DNA of 64,000 bases from Nitrospirota bacterium (GTDB lineage: Bacteria; Nitrospirota; Leptospirillia; Leptospirillales; Leptospirillaceae): contig DAIBTC010000001.1 in assembly GCA_027415345.1 (NCBI GenBank), forward strand, positions 12,555 through 76,554, in the 5' to 3' direction. Under the pieces are notes generated by a model that was not told where the DNA came from, ran no database searches, and saw nothing but the letters and a program-made list of their open reading frames with translations. The translations under genes and the position numbers were made by a program. Positions 18,896-29,661 of the stretch are shown here, piece by piece. Positions within the stretch are counted from its first letter, which is position 1, and every line of letters begins with the position of its first letter.

Positions 18896-20977
18896 ATGAA
18901 GGGACTCATCCAGGGCCGGTCGGCAGACCTTTTCGTCTTCATAGGGGTGGTGGGGCTCCTGTCCATCATGATCGTCCCCCTCCCCCCCCTCATGCTCGAC
19001 CTGCTCCTGTCGACCAATATCGCCTTTTCCCTGATCATTCTCCTGGTCGCCCTGACGACGCGCTCCATCCTCGAGTTCAACCTCTTTCCGACGATCCTCC
19101 TCCTCTCCACGCTCTTTCGTCTGTCTTTAAATGTCGCCAGCACCCGCCTCATCCTTCTGCACGGACAGGACGGGACCGTTGCCGCAGGCCATGTCATCGA
19201 GTCCTTCGGTCGTTTTGTCATCGGTGGGTCCTATGCCGTGGGTCTTGTGATCTTCCTGATCTTCGTCGTCATCAACTTTGTCGTGGTCACCCGGGGGGCC
19301 GGCCGTATCGCCGAGGTTGCGGCCCGATTTACGCTCGATGCCCTGCCGGGAAAGCAGATGGCCATCGATGCCGATCTCAATTCGGGGTCGATAAAGGAAG
19401 AAGAGGCCCGCAAACGGAGAAAGGAGCTGACGCGGGAATCGGAGTTCTACGGGGCGATGGACGGGGCTTCGAAATTTGTCCGGGGGGATGCCATTGCGGC
19501 GGTCATGATCCTTTTCATCAACATCATCGGCGGTCTGGTCATCGGGACCCTTCTGATGGGGATGGCCGTGGGAGATGCCCTGCAGGTCTATACCCTCCTG
19601 ACGATCGGCGAAGGGCTGGTGGCCCAGATTCCCGCCCTGATCGTCAGCGTGGCGGCCGGGATCGTCGTGACACGTTCCTCCTCCACCAACGAGCTTGGGA
19701 TGGACATGCGGGAACAGCTTTTTTCCCGGAGCCGGGCGATGGGGGGGACCTCGGCGATCCTTCTCTTCCTTTCGGCCGTCCCGGGACTGCCCCATACGGC
19801 CTTTCTCCTGATGGGAGGCCTTCTTGGGGGAATCGCCTGGTCGATCAGGAAGGCCCGTCTCAAGACCGAGAGCGCCCGGAAGGAGGAAGAGTCCAAGGCT
19901 CCTCCGGCTCCGGAAAACATCGAGCAGTTTCTGTCCCTGGACCTCCTCGAGATCAATGTCGGATATGGTCTGGTAAGTCTTGTGGAAGGGGGGGCGAGCG
20001 GAGACCTGACCGAGCGGATCAAGGGGATCCGGCGCCAGCTGGCGGGTGAACTGGGGATCATTGTCCCCCCGATCCACATTCGGGACAACCTTCAGCTCAA
20101 ACCTGAAGAATACATGATCCTTCTCAAGGGCAATCCGGTCGGACGCTGGGAACTGAAACCCGGATCCATGCTGGCCATGAATGCCGTCGGCACCCTCGAC
20201 GAGATCACCGGTACCCCTGTCAAGGAACCGACATTCGGCCTTCCCGCCCTCTGGATCTCCTCCGAGCAGCAGGAGGCCGCCGAGGCATCGGGGCTGACGG
20301 TCGTCGACCCCGTGACGGTCCTGGCCACACACCTGACGGAGATACTCCGGACCCATGCCGACGAGCTGGTGGGTCGCCAGGAGACCCAGCGGCTGCTCGA
20401 TGCCCTCGCCCGGGATTATCCCAAGCTTGTCGAGGACCTTGTTCCTGGCCAGATTTCGCTCGGAACGCTGGTCTCGGTCCTTCACGCCCTCCTCTCCGAG
20501 AGGGTCTCGATCCGGGATCTCCGGACGATCCTGGAATCCCTGTCGGACCAGATCGCCTCCGGGCGGGATGCCAAGGATGTGACACTTCTGGCCGAAGGGG
20601 TTCGGCAGGCCCTGGGGCGGACGATCGTCAATCCCTATCTCACAGGCCGAGGACGACAGCTGTCCGTCATCAGCCTCGACAGCCGATGGGAGGAGCAGCT
20701 CCAGAAGGTCCTGTCCGGCGGGGGAGGGGGAACAGGGCGGCCATTGGCCCTCGATCCGGGTCTGGTCCAGAAATTGCTCACAAATCTCGGAAAGATTCTG
20801 GAATCCCAGGGTAAAAGGGGGATACAGGGAGTCCTGCTCGTGGCCCCGCAGGCGCGCTTCGGGATCCGTCGGCTGGTGGAGCGCTATTTTCCCTCCCTCC
20901 CCGTGCTGTCTCCCCAGGAGATCCCGGCGGACATTCCGATCCAGGCGTCAGATGTCGTACGATACCAGGAGGCATGA
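18896..20977 (+). CDS. flhA: flagellar export gate protein FlhA
   Basis: 693 aa; conserved GAGRIAEVAARFTLDALPGKQMAIDADL loop; polytopic N-domain plus cytoplasmic C-domain. Confidence 0.97.
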   Translation: MKGLIQGRSADLFVFIGVVGLLSIMIVPLPPLMLDLLLSTNIAFSLIILLVALTTRSILEFNLFPTILLLSTLFRLSLNVASTRLILLHGQDGTVAAGHVIESFGRFVIGGSYAVGLVIFLIFVVINFVVVTRGAGRIAEVAARFTLDALPGKQMAIDADLNSGSIKEEEARKRRKELTRESEFYGAMDGASKFVRGDAIAAVMILFINIIGGLVIGTLLMGMAVGDALQVYTLLTIGEGLVAQIPALIVSVAAGIVVTRSSSTNELGMDMREQLFSRSRAMGGTSAILLFLSAVPGLPHTAFLLMGGLLGGIAWSIRKARLKTESARKEEESKAPPAPENIEQFLSLDLLEINVGYGLVSLVEGGASGDLTERIKGIRRQLAGELGIIVPPIHIRDNLQLKPEEYMILLKGNPVGRWELKPGSMLAMNAVGTLDEITGTPVKEPTFGLPALWISSEQQEAAEASGLTVVDPVTVLATHLTEILRTHADELVGRQETQRLLDALARDYPKLVEDLVPGQISLGTLVSVLHALLSERVSIRDLRTILESLSDQIASGRDAKDVTLLAEGVRQALGRTIVNPYLTGRGRQLSVISLDSRWEEQLQKVLSGGGGGTGRPLALDPGLVQKLLTNLGKILESQGKRGIQGVLLVAPQARFGIRRLVERYFPSLPVLSPQEIPADIPIQASDVVRYQEA

Positions 20978-20980
20978 GGG

Positions 20981-22171
20981 ATGATGATCAAGTCATTCGA
21001 AGGGGGCGACATGAACGATGCCCTCAGGAAGGTAAAGAAGGAGCTGGGGCCGGATGCTGTCATCCTCTCCTCCCGGAAAACCGAACGATCCGGATCCTCC
21101 GGCGCTCCCGGTGTCGTCGTGACGGCCGGTCTTCCCCAGATGGATCCTCCCTGGGCCCTGGACCTTCCGGGGGCTCCCGAGGAGGCCCCGGATGGGGTCC
21201 GTCTGTCGGAGATGGATGCCCTCCGGGAAATCATCGCCAGAATGGAGCGGGAGTGGGGGGCCGGCTCTTCGCGGGAAATCCAGGGATTGTTGGCCCGGGC
21301 CGGACACCTGTCCGGTGGGCTCCTTTCGCCAGGCCTGCCCCCCTTCGATCCGGTGGAGGAGGCCAGGAAGATCCTGGCGGGGTCAGGATTTCCGGGGGAA
21401 GAGCAGGACGATCTGGTCGAGGCCTTTCGCCTCCTCTCCTACCATCCCGTGGACTGGAGTTCTTCCCAGGTCCAGTCCCTTCTCCAGTTTCTTGTGGCCC
21501 AGAAGCTCGACGTTTCCGGCTCCCTTTTTTCAGGGGAACGGCCGGCCGGTCGTCCCCAGGTCATTCTTTTTGTCGGGCCCACAGGGGTGGGGAAGACCAC
21601 GACCATTGCCAAGATCGCCGCGATGCTCGTGGCCCGTCAACGCCGTCCGGTGGGTCTCGTGAATCTTGACACCTATCGGATCGGGGCTGTGGAGCAGCTT
21701 AGAATCTACGGAGACCTGATGGGTGTCCCGGTGGAGGTCGTGAGCAGTCCTTCGCGCCTCTCCGGGGCCATCGGACATCTCCGGGAGAGCGAGGTCATTT
21801 TGGTGGACTCTGCCGGACGTTCGGAGGGGGGAGCCGACGACCTTTCCCCATTCCTGTCTGTCCTGGGTTCGGGGGGGACATGGGATTTCAAGTCCGTGCT
21901 GGTCGTCTCGGCCACTCAGAAGTCGGACGACCTCAACCGGACCCTCCATCGATTCGCCAAGATCAGGCCCGAGGCTCTCGTGGTGACAAAGGTTGACGAA
22001 ACGGGATCCCTGGGGTCCCTGTATCCGCTTCTGGCCCACAGCCGGATCCCGGCGGCCTATGTGGGCACGGGTCAGAAAGTTCCCGAGGACATCGAGCTGG
22101 CTCACGGAGGTCGGCTGGCACAATGGATGATTGAAGGATGGAGTCGCGATGGATCAGGCATCCGGACTTAG
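20981..22171 (+). CDS. flhF: SRP-like GTPase FlhF
   Basis: G1 GPTGVGKTTTIAKIA, G3 DSAGR, G4 TKVDE; N-terminus MMIKSFEGGDMNDALRKVKKELGPDAVIL. Confidence 0.9.
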   Translation: MMIKSFEGGDMNDALRKVKKELGPDAVILSSRKTERSGSSGAPGVVVTAGLPQMDPPWALDLPGAPEEAPDGVRLSEMDALREIIARMEREWGAGSSREIQGLLARAGHLSGGLLSPGLPPFDPVEEARKILAGSGFPGEEQDDLVEAFRLLSYHPVDWSSSQVQSLLQFLVAQKLDVSGSLFSGERPAGRPQVILFVGPTGVGKTTTIAKIAAMLVARQRRPVGLVNLDTYRIGAVEQLRIYGDLMGVPVEVVSSPSRLSGAIGHLRESEVILVDSAGRSEGGADDLSPFLSVLGSGGTWDFKSVLVVSATQKSDDLNRTLHRFAKIRPEALVVTKVDETGSLGSLYPLLAHSRIPAAYVGTGQKVPEDIELAHGGRLAQWMIEGWSRDGSGIRT

Positions 22172-23033
22172 AGGCGAGGGAATGGGTTCACATGCCGAGA
22201 ACAGGAGGATCCATCTTCCCCGGGTGATTTCGATCACCAGCGGGAAGGGGGGAGTCGGAAAGACCAATGTTTCCGCGAACATGGCCTACATCATGGCCAC
22301 GCGCTTCGGACTCAGGGTCCTGGTTCTTGATGCGGACCTGGGACTGGGAAACATGGACGTCCTCTTCAATATCCGGCCGAAGTATACCCTTCAGGATGTT
22401 CTCATGGGGGACCGCTCCCTTCCGGAAATCCTCGTGAGGGGGCCCGGCGGGATCCTTATCCTTCCTGCCGCCTCCGGGGTCGAAGAGATGACCAGCCTGA
22501 GCCGGGACCAGAACCTCCGTCTTCTTGAGGAATTCGAGAACCTCTCTTCGGATCTCGATGTTCTCCTCATCGATACGGGAGCCGGCATTTCCGAAAATGT
22601 CCTGACATTCAATCTGGCCAGCCGGGAGACGATTGTCGTCGTCACTCCGGAGCCGACGAGCCGGACTGACGCCTTTGCCCTCATGAAGGTTCTCTTCAGA
22701 CGGCAAGCCGACAAGCCCTTTCTCTTCCTGGCCAACATGGTCCGGGACAGGCAGGAGGGAGTGGCCCTCTTCGATCTGGTCTCCCGGGTTGCGGATTCCT
22801 ATCTTCCTGGACTCTCTCTTTCATTCGCCGGCCATCTTCCCGCCGACCCTTCGCTCACCCAGGCGGTCAGGGCCCAGAAAGCCATTGCCGAGATGCTTCC
22901 GGGGGCTCCCTTTTCGAAGGGTATGGAGGGGGTCGTCCGGAGCCTTCTGTCCCGTCCTCCCAAAAGCGGAGGAGAGGGAGGGATCGGACTTTGGATGAAA
23001 AGGCTGGCCGGGGCGGGACTGGAAACGCCGTGA
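22149..23033 (+). CDS. flhG: MinD/ParA-type ATPase FlhG (FleN/YlxH)
   Basis: Deviant Walker A SGKGGVGKT; N-terminal DQASGLR activator-helix motif, which favours ATG 22149 over the listed TTG 22131. Confidence 0.9.
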   Translation: MDQASGLRGEGMGSHAENRRIHLPRVISITSGKGGVGKTNVSANMAYIMATRFGLRVLVLDADLGLGNMDVLFNIRPKYTLQDVLMGDRSLPEILVRGPGGILILPAASGVEEMTSLSRDQNLRLLEEFENLSSDLDVLLIDTGAGISENVLTFNLASRETIVVVTPEPTSRTDAFALMKVLFRRQADKPFLFLANMVRDRQEGVALFDLVSRVADSYLPGLSLSFAGHLPADPSLTQAVRAQKAIAEMLPGAPFSKGMEGVVRSLLSRPPKSGGEGGIGLWMKRLAGAGLETP

Positions 23034-23042
23034 CGGATCTTG

Positions 23043-23071
23043 TTGTGAACTAGCTGTGGATTCGGTAGAAT
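23043..23071 (+). promoter_or_regulatory. sigma-70-like promoter upstream of fliA
   Basis: TTGTGA-N17-TAGAAT in the 124-nt flhG-fliA spacer. Confidence 0.45.
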
Positions 23072-23157
23072 GTATTTTGTTTAAAATCCGTGCTGATGGA
23101 TTTCCTGGGAAGAGTGAGGGCTCCTTTTGGGGACCTCTTTTGACATGAAGGCGGGAG

Positions 23158-23895
23158 ATGGCCTTGGAACTCGATGAGGCGATGATCAAGGAATTCGCCG
23201 GGACAATCAAATATCACGCCATGAGATATGCGCACAGGCTCCCACCCGAGATCGGGGTGGAAGACCTGATCAGCGTCGGACTCCAGAGCCTTGTTGAAAG
23301 CGCCCGACGGTTTGATCCTTCCCGCGGACTCAAATTCAAGACCATGGCCGAGCACAGGATTCGGGGCGCCATGCTCGATGAAATCCGGTCCATGGACTGG
23401 GTTCCGAGATCCGTGCGCGAAAAGCAATCCGAGGTTGCTGCCATCCGGACACTTTTGGAGAAGGAGCTTGGCCGGGAGCCGCGAGAAGACGAAATCGCCA
23501 GGAAGATGGGGCTTTCAGAGGAAGCGATGGCCCAGCTTCTCTGGGAGATCGATACCCACCCGGCCCTTTCCCTTGACGAATTTTTCTCTCCGGAGGAGAC
23601 AGAGGGGGAGTCCCTGGGGGACAGGCTTCCTGAAACCCGCCAGGAGGATCCCTTAGGCCAGCTGATCCGTGTCGACGGTGTGGAGAAGCTTACGCGGGCC
23701 CTGGAATCCCTTCCGGACAAGCAGCGGCTGGTCCTGACCCTTTATTATTACGAAGAGCTGACCATGAAGGAAGTGGCCCAGGTTCTCGAGGTCAGCGAAT
23801 CGCGGGTCTCCCAAATTCATGCCCAGGCCCTTCGGGCCGTCAAATCCATCCTCAGAAAGACGATGGGGGAAGCCTCTCACCCTTACGGAGAGTGA
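23158..23895 (+). CDS. fliA: flagellar sigma factor sigma-28 (FliA/SigD)
   Basis: Regions 2-4 recognisable; region 4 HTH ELTMKEVAQVLEVSESRVSQIHAQALRAV; follows flhF-flhG. Confidence 0.9.
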   Translation: MALELDEAMIKEFAGTIKYHAMRYAHRLPPEIGVEDLISVGLQSLVESARRFDPSRGLKFKTMAEHRIRGAMLDEIRSMDWVPRSVREKQSEVAAIRTLLEKELGREPREDEIARKMGLSEEAMAQLLWEIDTHPALSLDEFFSPEETEGESLGDRLPETRQEDPLGQLIRVDGVEKLTRALESLPDKQRLVLTLYYYEELTMKEVAQVLEVSESRVSQIHAQALRAVKSILRKTMGEASHPYGE

Positions 23896-23952
23896 TTTGC
23901 AAGTCCTTCCGGCCCTAACGGGAGGCTTGCGATCAGGATCCTGAACAGGGGG

Positions 23953-23980
23953 TTGAGAAGTGTCAAATTGTGTCCGATAA
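23953..23980 (+). promoter_or_regulatory. possible sigma-28 promoter of the che-mot operon
   Basis: -10 TCCGATAA (7/8 to GCCGATAA) with a weak -35 TTGA 16 nt upstream. Confidence 0.4.
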
Positions 23981-24086
23981 GAGACTATCGGAAGGAGCGG
24001 GACTCTGTCGGCCGAAAAGGGCGTACACAGGCCGGGGCCGAAAGATCCTGTCCGGCCGGTATCAATGAGTGAAGGAAGGAGTTCCG

Positions 24087-24470
24087 ATGATCAATTTTGG
24101 GATGAAGGTTCTGGTTGTGGATGACTTTTCCACGATGCGCCGGATCGTCAAGAACACCCTTCGCCAGATCGGGTTCACGAATATCGAAGAGGCGGAGGAT
24201 GGCCAGAAGGCCTATGACCGGCTGATCGTAGAGAAGTTTGATTTCGTTGTCAGCGACTGGAACATGCCGAACATGACGGGGATCGATCTTTTACGGAAGG
24301 TTCGGGCGACACCGCAGATCAAGGATATTCCGTTCCTTATGGTGACGGCGGAGGCCAAGCAGGAAAACATCGTCGAGGCGATCAAGGCCGGCGTGTCGAA
24401 CTACATCGTCAAGCCCTTCACCGTGGCGACACTCGACGAGAAGGTGAAAAAGATCTTCAAGGAAAAGTAA
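24087..24470 (+). CDS. cheY: chemotaxis response regulator CheY
   Basis: KVLVVDDFSTMRRI...DWNMPNMTGIDLL...VTAEA...YIVKPFT; SD GGAAGGAG before ATG 24087. Confidence 0.95.
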   Translation: MINFGMKVLVVDDFSTMRRIVKNTLRQIGFTNIEEAEDGQKAYDRLIVEKFDFVVSDWNMPNMTGIDLLRKVRATPQIKDIPFLMVTAEAKQENIVEAIKAGVSNYIVKPFTVATLDEKVKKIFKEK

Positions 24471-24507
24471 CTCCCGGGTCCGGGAGAGGACGGGTGGAGG
24501 GTGGACG

Positions 24508-26469
24508 ATGAGCGAGGGATTCGATAACGACGAAATGAAGGAAATTGTCCAGGACTTTCTGCAGGAAGCCTCCGAGATGCTCGAGGGGCTCGACAACTAC
24601 TTCGTCCAGCTTGAAAACAACCCGGAAGACAGGACCCTCCTCAATGAAATTTTCCGGACGGCCCACAGCATCAAGGGATCGGCGGGTTTCATCGGCTTGA
24701 ACCGGATCGTGGAGGTGGCCCATCACGCGGAAAATGTCCTGAATCAGCTCCGGACGGGCAATATGCGGGCCGAGCCGGCGGTGGTCGACATCATTCTTGA
24801 GTCCATGGATGCCCTCAAGGTTCTCGTCAATGAAGTCCGGACCGGTGAGCAGGCCGATGTCGACATCGACGGCATCAACATGAAGCTCGACCTCCTTCTC
24901 CAGTGGGGGGAGGACACGCATTCGGAAACTCCCGGGGAGGAGGCAGGAGGGGCCGATTCGGAGATGGCCTCTGCCGTCCGGGAGGAGAAGGTCCTGGACA
25001 CCCGGGCGATGCCGAAGGAGGAGGCCTCCTTGGAGGAATCCTCCCTCCCGGAAACCTCCGTTGTGCCACCCCCCTTACCTCCACCCCCCCCTTCCCCTCC
25101 CCCCGTTTCCCATCCCGGTCCTCAGGTGGTCCGTCCTGCCTCCTCAAGGGAGGAAGCCCAGAATGCCGAGGCCGGATCCCCGAAAGGGGCCGAAGGAGGA
25201 GGCGGGGGAGAGGCAGACCAGACGATCCGGGTCGAGATCAGCCGTCTCGACAGTGTGATGAACCTCGTTGGCGAGCTGGTCCTCGGACGGAACCGTCTGG
25301 TGAAACTCTCGGGCGACATCGACGGAGTGACTGATTTCGAGCGAAGGATCAAGGAAGTCGCCGAGGCAATTTCCCAGCTGAATCGGGTGACCACAGATTT
25401 GCAGACCGCCGTGATCAAGACCCGCATGCAGCCCATCAAGAAGGTGCTGGGAAAGTTTCCGCGCATGGTTCGGGACCTGTCCCGGAAGATGGGGAAGAGT
25501 ATCCGGCTCGAACTTTCCGGAGAGGAGACCGAGCTCGACAAGTCGGTCATCGAGGAAATCGGGGATCCCCTGGTCCACATCATCCGGAATTCGATCGATC
25601 ACGGGATCGAGATGCCCGACGACAGGATTGCCCAGGGAAAGGATCCGGAGGGCGTTGTCCGGATCTCGGCCTACCAGGAGGGGAATTCGATCGTCATCGA
25701 GATCTCGGACGACGGTCGAGGGATCGATGCGGAGAAAATCAGGAGAAAGGCCGTCGAGAAGGGGATCATCACCGAAGCCGATGCCATGAGACTCACCGAC
25801 TCCGAGGCCGTCAACATCATTTTCATGCCCGGCTTCAGTACCGCGGAAAAGGTGACCGATGTCTCCGGCCGGGGTGTCGGGATGGATGTGGTCAGGACCA
25901 ATATCAACAAGATCAACGGTTCTGTGGAGATTTCCACCCAGAAAGGAGCCGGTTCGACCTTCACCATCCGCCTTCCCCTCACGATCGCCATCATCCAGGC
26001 TCTCATGGTGACGATCGGACCGGAAACTTATGCCATTCCCCTCGCCAGTGTTGTTGAAACCGTAAAAATTACCGAAAAGGATATCAAGACACTTTCCGGG
26101 AGTGAAGTGCTGAATCTGAGACAGCAGGTCCTTCCCCTGATCCGGCTCAGAGACGAGTTCAAGGTCCCCCATCAGGGAGACGGAACCGGCATTCCCGAAG
26201 GGCAGTATGTCGTGGTCGTTCAGGTCGGTTCCAAGAACCTGGGTCTGGTCGTCGACCGGCTGCCCTATCAGGAAGAGGTCGTCATAAAGTCCATGGGCCA
26301 GATCCTCTCGGGAATACGGGGGCTGGCCGGAGCGACGATTACCGGGGATGGCCGGGTCGTCATCATTCTCGATGTGGGGGAGATCCTCCAGGATGTTTCG
26401 TTGCGGGTGAAGAAGGGGGTGACCTCCCTCGACTCCGTGTCCTCGGAACGCCTGGAAGCCGGTGTCTAG
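24508..26469 (+). CDS. cheA: chemotaxis histidine kinase CheA
   Basis: Hpt P1 ([12 protein letters not shown]); Pro-rich linker; kinase core ([16 protein letters not shown]); C-terminal CheW-like domain. Confidence 0.95.
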   Translation: MSEGFDNDEMKEIVQDFLQEASEMLEGLDNYFVQLENNPEDRTLLNEIFRTAHSIKGSAGFIGLNRIVEVAHHAENVLNQLRTGNMRAEPAVVDIILESMDALKVLVNEVRTGEQADVDIDGINMKLDLLLQWGEDTHSETPGEEAGGADSEMASAVREEKVLDTRAMPKEEASLEESSLPETSVVPPPLPPPPPSPPPVSHPGPQVVRPASSREEAQNAEAGSPKGAEGGGGGEADQTIRVEISRLDSVMNLVGELVLGRNRLVKLSGDIDGVTDFERRIKEVAEAISQLNRVTTDLQTAVIKTRMQPIKKVLGKFPRMVRDLSRKMGKSIRLELSGEETELDKSVIEEIGDPLVHIIRNSIDHGIEMPDDRIAQGKDPEGVVRISAYQEGNSIVIEISDDGRGIDAEKIRRKAVEKGIITEADAMRLTDSEAVNIIFMPGFSTAEKVTDVSGRGVGMDVVRTNINKINGSVEISTQKGAGSTFTIRLPLTIAIIQALMVTIGPETYAIPLASVVETVKITEKDIKTLSGSEVLNLRQQVLPLIRLRDEFKVPHQGDGTGIPEGQYVVVVQVGSKNLGLVVDRLPYQEEVVIKSMGQILSGIRGLAGATITGDGRVVIILDVGEILQDVSLRVKKGVTSLDSVSSERLEAGV

Positions 26470-26518
26470 CCGGGTCGTGGACGCATTCGTTGCGGCCCTT
26501 GCAACTAAGGAGGAAAAG

Positions 26519-28213
26519 GTGAGCGGTCCCGAGAGAAGAAGGTCCATCCGGATGCGTCTTTCGGCCAAGGTCGGCCTTTCAACGGCCGTAGCTCTCGTCC
26601 TGGTCCTGGGTGCGACCTACACGCTGTTCTACCGGTCGGCAAAGACTGACCTCGCCCAGATCGAGACAGGAAAGATGACGATGATGGGCCATTCGATTGT
26701 CCGCGGGTTGGGGACCATCATGTACTCAATCAATGCCCCGGCGCTTTCTCAGAAGCTCGTGGTCGACCAGAAGACCCTCCCGGGAATCGTCAGGGTCCAG
26801 GTCCTTCGTCCGGACGGAACCCAGGCCTTCTACGACAACACGGCGATCGAGAGGGTCAACACGTGGCGCCATTACAAGGCCTATTCTCCCAGGATGTACC
26901 TTCTCCATCCGAAGCATCAGGAGCAGGCACTTTCTCATGACCCCCGTTTCCAGGATGTTGTGAAGTATGCCAAGTCGGCCACATTCGAGCAGGTGGTTGA
27001 CGGAAAGCCGGTTCTGACTCGGCTCTTTCCTGTACGTTACGAAAAAAATTGTGCCCTCTGCCACGGTTATGCCTCCCACGAACCGACCCTCGCCGTTCTG
27101 CGGGTGAGCATGGAGCGGAGCTCCTTCGAGGGAGACCTCTCCCGGCTCAAGCTTCAGGCGGCCATCTATGCCCTGGCGACGATCGGGATCCTCCTTCTCC
27201 TTCTCATTGTTCTTGTCCGGATGATTGCCGTCCGCCCGCTGGGAGAGCTCGTCCGGGTTATCGGGAAGACGGCCGAAGGGGACCTGACCCAGCACCTGAC
27301 AAGCCACGCCGGGGATGAGGTGGGAGATCTGGTCAACCATTTCGGGCGGATGGTTGACAACCTCCGTGACCTGGTGAAGAAGGTGGCGAACGAGTCGGAG
27401 TGCGTAGGCGAAGGATCACGCAACATGATCATCTCCCTCGAATCCATCCGGGGCAAATCGACCGCCCAGATGCAGCAGATCGAGTTGGCCAAGACGGCCG
27501 TCGACGAACTGGGCCGATCTCTGGCCGATGTGGCCCAGGTGACACGCGCCGTTTCCGAGATCTCTTCACGGGCGAGCCAGGAAGCCAATGCCGGAGGGGA
27601 AACGGTCTCCGAAATGGTCCGGGAACTCTCCCGCATCGAAACGGTCATCTCCGAAGCCGGGGAAAAGATCCTCGACCTGGGGAAACGATCAGACCAGATC
27701 TCCCAGATTGTCAACATCATCAACGAGATCGCCGAGCAGACCAATCTTCTGGCCTTGAATGCCGCCATTGAAGCGGCCCGGGCCGGTGAACAGGGACGAG
27801 GGTTCGCGGTGGTCGCCGACGAGGTCAGAAAGCTTGCGGAGCGGACAACGCGCTCCACCCGGGAAATTTCCGAGACCATCTCCCAACTCCAGGGGTTGAC
27901 CGACCAGTCGGTCAAGGTGATGGACCGGGGATCGAAGGAGATGAAGCTTCTGATCGGGGAGACAAAAAAGACCGCAGAGGTGTTTTCCCGGATTGTGGCC
28001 TCCTCCTCCGACGTCTCCGGCCGGGTGAATCAGATTGCCGAGACGACCGGGCAGCAGACCCAGGCCATTGCGCAGGTCGGGAAGGTCGTCGAGCAGACGG
28101 CCTATGATGCCAGGGAAACGGTGGAGAATGTCTCTGGAGCGGTTCAGGCCGGCGAGGGTCTCCAGAAGCAGATGGAAGAGCTCAACGACTATCTGTCCCG
28201 CTTCAAGGTCTGA
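26519..28213 (+). CDS. methyl-accepting chemotaxis protein with CxxCH-containing periplasmic domain
   Basis: Two TM helices flanking an approx. 200-aa periplasmic domain, then HAMP and the signalling hairpin [38 protein letters not shown] 26519 follows SD AAGGAGG. Confidence 0.92.
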   Translation: MSGPERRRSIRMRLSAKVGLSTAVALVLVLGATYTLFYRSAKTDLAQIETGKMTMMGHSIVRGLGTIMYSINAPALSQKLVVDQKTLPGIVRVQVLRPDGTQAFYDNTAIERVNTWRHYKAYSPRMYLLHPKHQEQALSHDPRFQDVVKYAKSATFEQVVDGKPVLTRLFPVRYEKNCALCHGYASHEPTLAVLRVSMERSSFEGDLSRLKLQAAIYALATIGILLLLLIVLVRMIAVRPLGELVRVIGKTAEGDLTQHLTSHAGDEVGDLVNHFGRMVDNLRDLVKKVANESECVGEGSRNMIISLESIRGKSTAQMQQIELAKTAVDELGRSLADVAQVTRAVSEISSRASQEANAGGETVSEMVRELSRIETVISEAGEKILDLGKRSDQISQIVNIINEIAEQTNLLALNAAIEAARAGEQGRGFAVVADEVRKLAERTTRSTREISETISQLQGLTDQSVKVMDRGSKEMKLLIGETKKTAEVFSRIVASSSDVSGRVNQIAETTGQQTQAIAQVGKVVEQTAYDARETVENVSGAVQAGEGLQKQMEELNDYLSRFKV

Positions 28214-28249
28214 GAGGATTCTCATGATCCCCTATCCAGGAGTGCACTG

Positions 28250-28807
28250 ATGGAAACGACAGGGATGGCCATTGCGCCTCTCGGAAGACAGGAAGAGACA
28301 ACCAGGGAATTGTCCCGGGAGATTTCCGGCGTCCCGGGAGGAGTGGACTTCGGGGAGGGGATTCTCCAGCTGGTGAGCTTCCGTCTGGGGGAGGAGGAAT
28401 ACGCTCTCGATGTCATGAACGTTCACGAGATCAACCGGATTTCGGAAGTGACACGGGTGCCCAAGGCCCCCTATTTTGTGGAAGGGGTGATGAACCTCCG
28501 GGGAAAGATTCTTCCCGTGATCAACCTTCGCAAGCGGTTCGGCTTTCCCCCTCCCACAACCGACCCGGAGGAGGCCAGGACCATTGTCGTCTTCCATGAG
28601 GGTCTGACGGTCGGTCTTGCGGTGGACCAGGTCTTTCAGGTCATCCGGATCGGCCGGGAGAAGATCGAAAAGAACGAGGGAATCGGCCTGGGAAATGTCC
28701 TCGATGCTGTGATGGCCGGCGTGGCCCATCTCGGGGAGAATCTGGTTGTCCTTCTGGATCTTCCCAAGCTTCTTGCGGCGATCCAGAAGGATGCGGGAAA
28801 GCGATAG
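28250..28807 (+). CDS. cheW: chemotaxis coupling protein CheW
   Basis: CheW domain LVSFRLGEEEYALDVMNVHEINRISEVTRVPKAPYFVEGVMNLRGKILPVINLRKRFG. Confidence 0.9.
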   Translation: METTGMAIAPLGRQEETTRELSREISGVPGGVDFGEGILQLVSFRLGEEEYALDVMNVHEINRISEVTRVPKAPYFVEGVMNLRGKILPVINLRKRFGFPPPTTDPEEARTIVVFHEGLTVGLAVDQVFQVIRIGREKIEKNEGIGLGNVLDAVMAGVAHLGENLVVLLDLPKLLAAIQKDAGKR

Positions 28808-28839
28808 ACGGCAAATAGTCCGATCTTCGGGGGAGTTTC

Positions 28840-29634
28840 ATGGATATCACAACGATCCTCGGACTGGTTCTGGGACTGGGGGGGATTCTTCTGGGAGCCA
28901 CACTGGAGGGGCTTCCCCTGTCGACAATCATCCAGCCCACCGCCGCGATGATCGTCTTCGGGGGGACCTTCGGAGCGACCCTGCTCCAGTTCCCCCTGGG
29001 GTTCGTGATGAAGTCCCTCAAGCTGATCCCGCGGATCTTCTTTTCGAAGGGCGGAGATCCGGGGCCTGTCATCCGGAAGATCCAGGATCTCTCCAAGACC
29101 AGCCGTAAGGAAGGACTCCTGAAGCTCGAAGCCCACCTCGAGGATCCGGAGATCAAGGCCGATCCCTTCTTTGCCCGGGGGGTACGGATGGTCATGGACG
29201 GAACCGAGATCACCAAGGTCCGCGAAGCCCTCGAGGTCGAGGCCCATTATATCGAGGAGGAAGAGGGGGTCGCCTTCAAGGTCTATGAATCGGCAGGGGG
29301 GTATGCCCCGACCATCGGAATCCTGGGTGCCGTCCTGGGGCTCATCCATGTCATGAGCAACATGGGGGATCCCAATAAACTGGCCGAAGGAATTGCCACG
29401 GCATTCGTGGCGACGGTCTACGGGGTGGGGTCGGCAAACCTCGTCTATCTTCCCATCGGGGGCAAACTCAAGCTCAAGGCCCGGACGGAAGGAAAAATCC
29501 GGGAGATCATCGTGGACGGACTCGTGGGCATCGGCCAGGGGGAAAACCCCGGAATGATCGAGGAGCGCCTTTTGGGTTTTCTGAACGAGGCCGAGCGGGT
29601 CAAGTACGAGCAGACCTACCGCAAGGGCAAGTAG
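28840..29634 (+). CDS. motA: flagellar stator protein MotA
   Basis: Four TM helices; conserved GAVLGLIHVM...ATAFVATVYGVGSANLVYLPI channel region. Confidence 0.9.
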   Translation: MDITTILGLVLGLGGILLGATLEGLPLSTIIQPTAAMIVFGGTFGATLLQFPLGFVMKSLKLIPRIFFSKGGDPGPVIRKIQDLSKTSRKEGLLKLEAHLEDPEIKADPFFARGVRMVMDGTEITKVREALEVEAHYIEEEEGVAFKVYESAGGYAPTIGILGAVLGLIHVMSNMGDPNKLAEGIATAFVATVYGVGSANLVYLPIGGKLKLKARTEGKIREIIVDGLVGIGQGENPGMIEERLLGFLNEAERVKYEQTYRKGK

Positions 29635-29661
29635 ACGGCGGGGGATTGAGGGGAGCAGCTC

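Noticed and set aside
24990-25200. Pro-rich low-complexity DNA in cheA with overlapping ORFs on both strands.
   Set aside because: It is the P1/P2-to-dimerisation linker of CheA ([19 protein letters not shown]). The overlapping ORFs are compositional artefacts.
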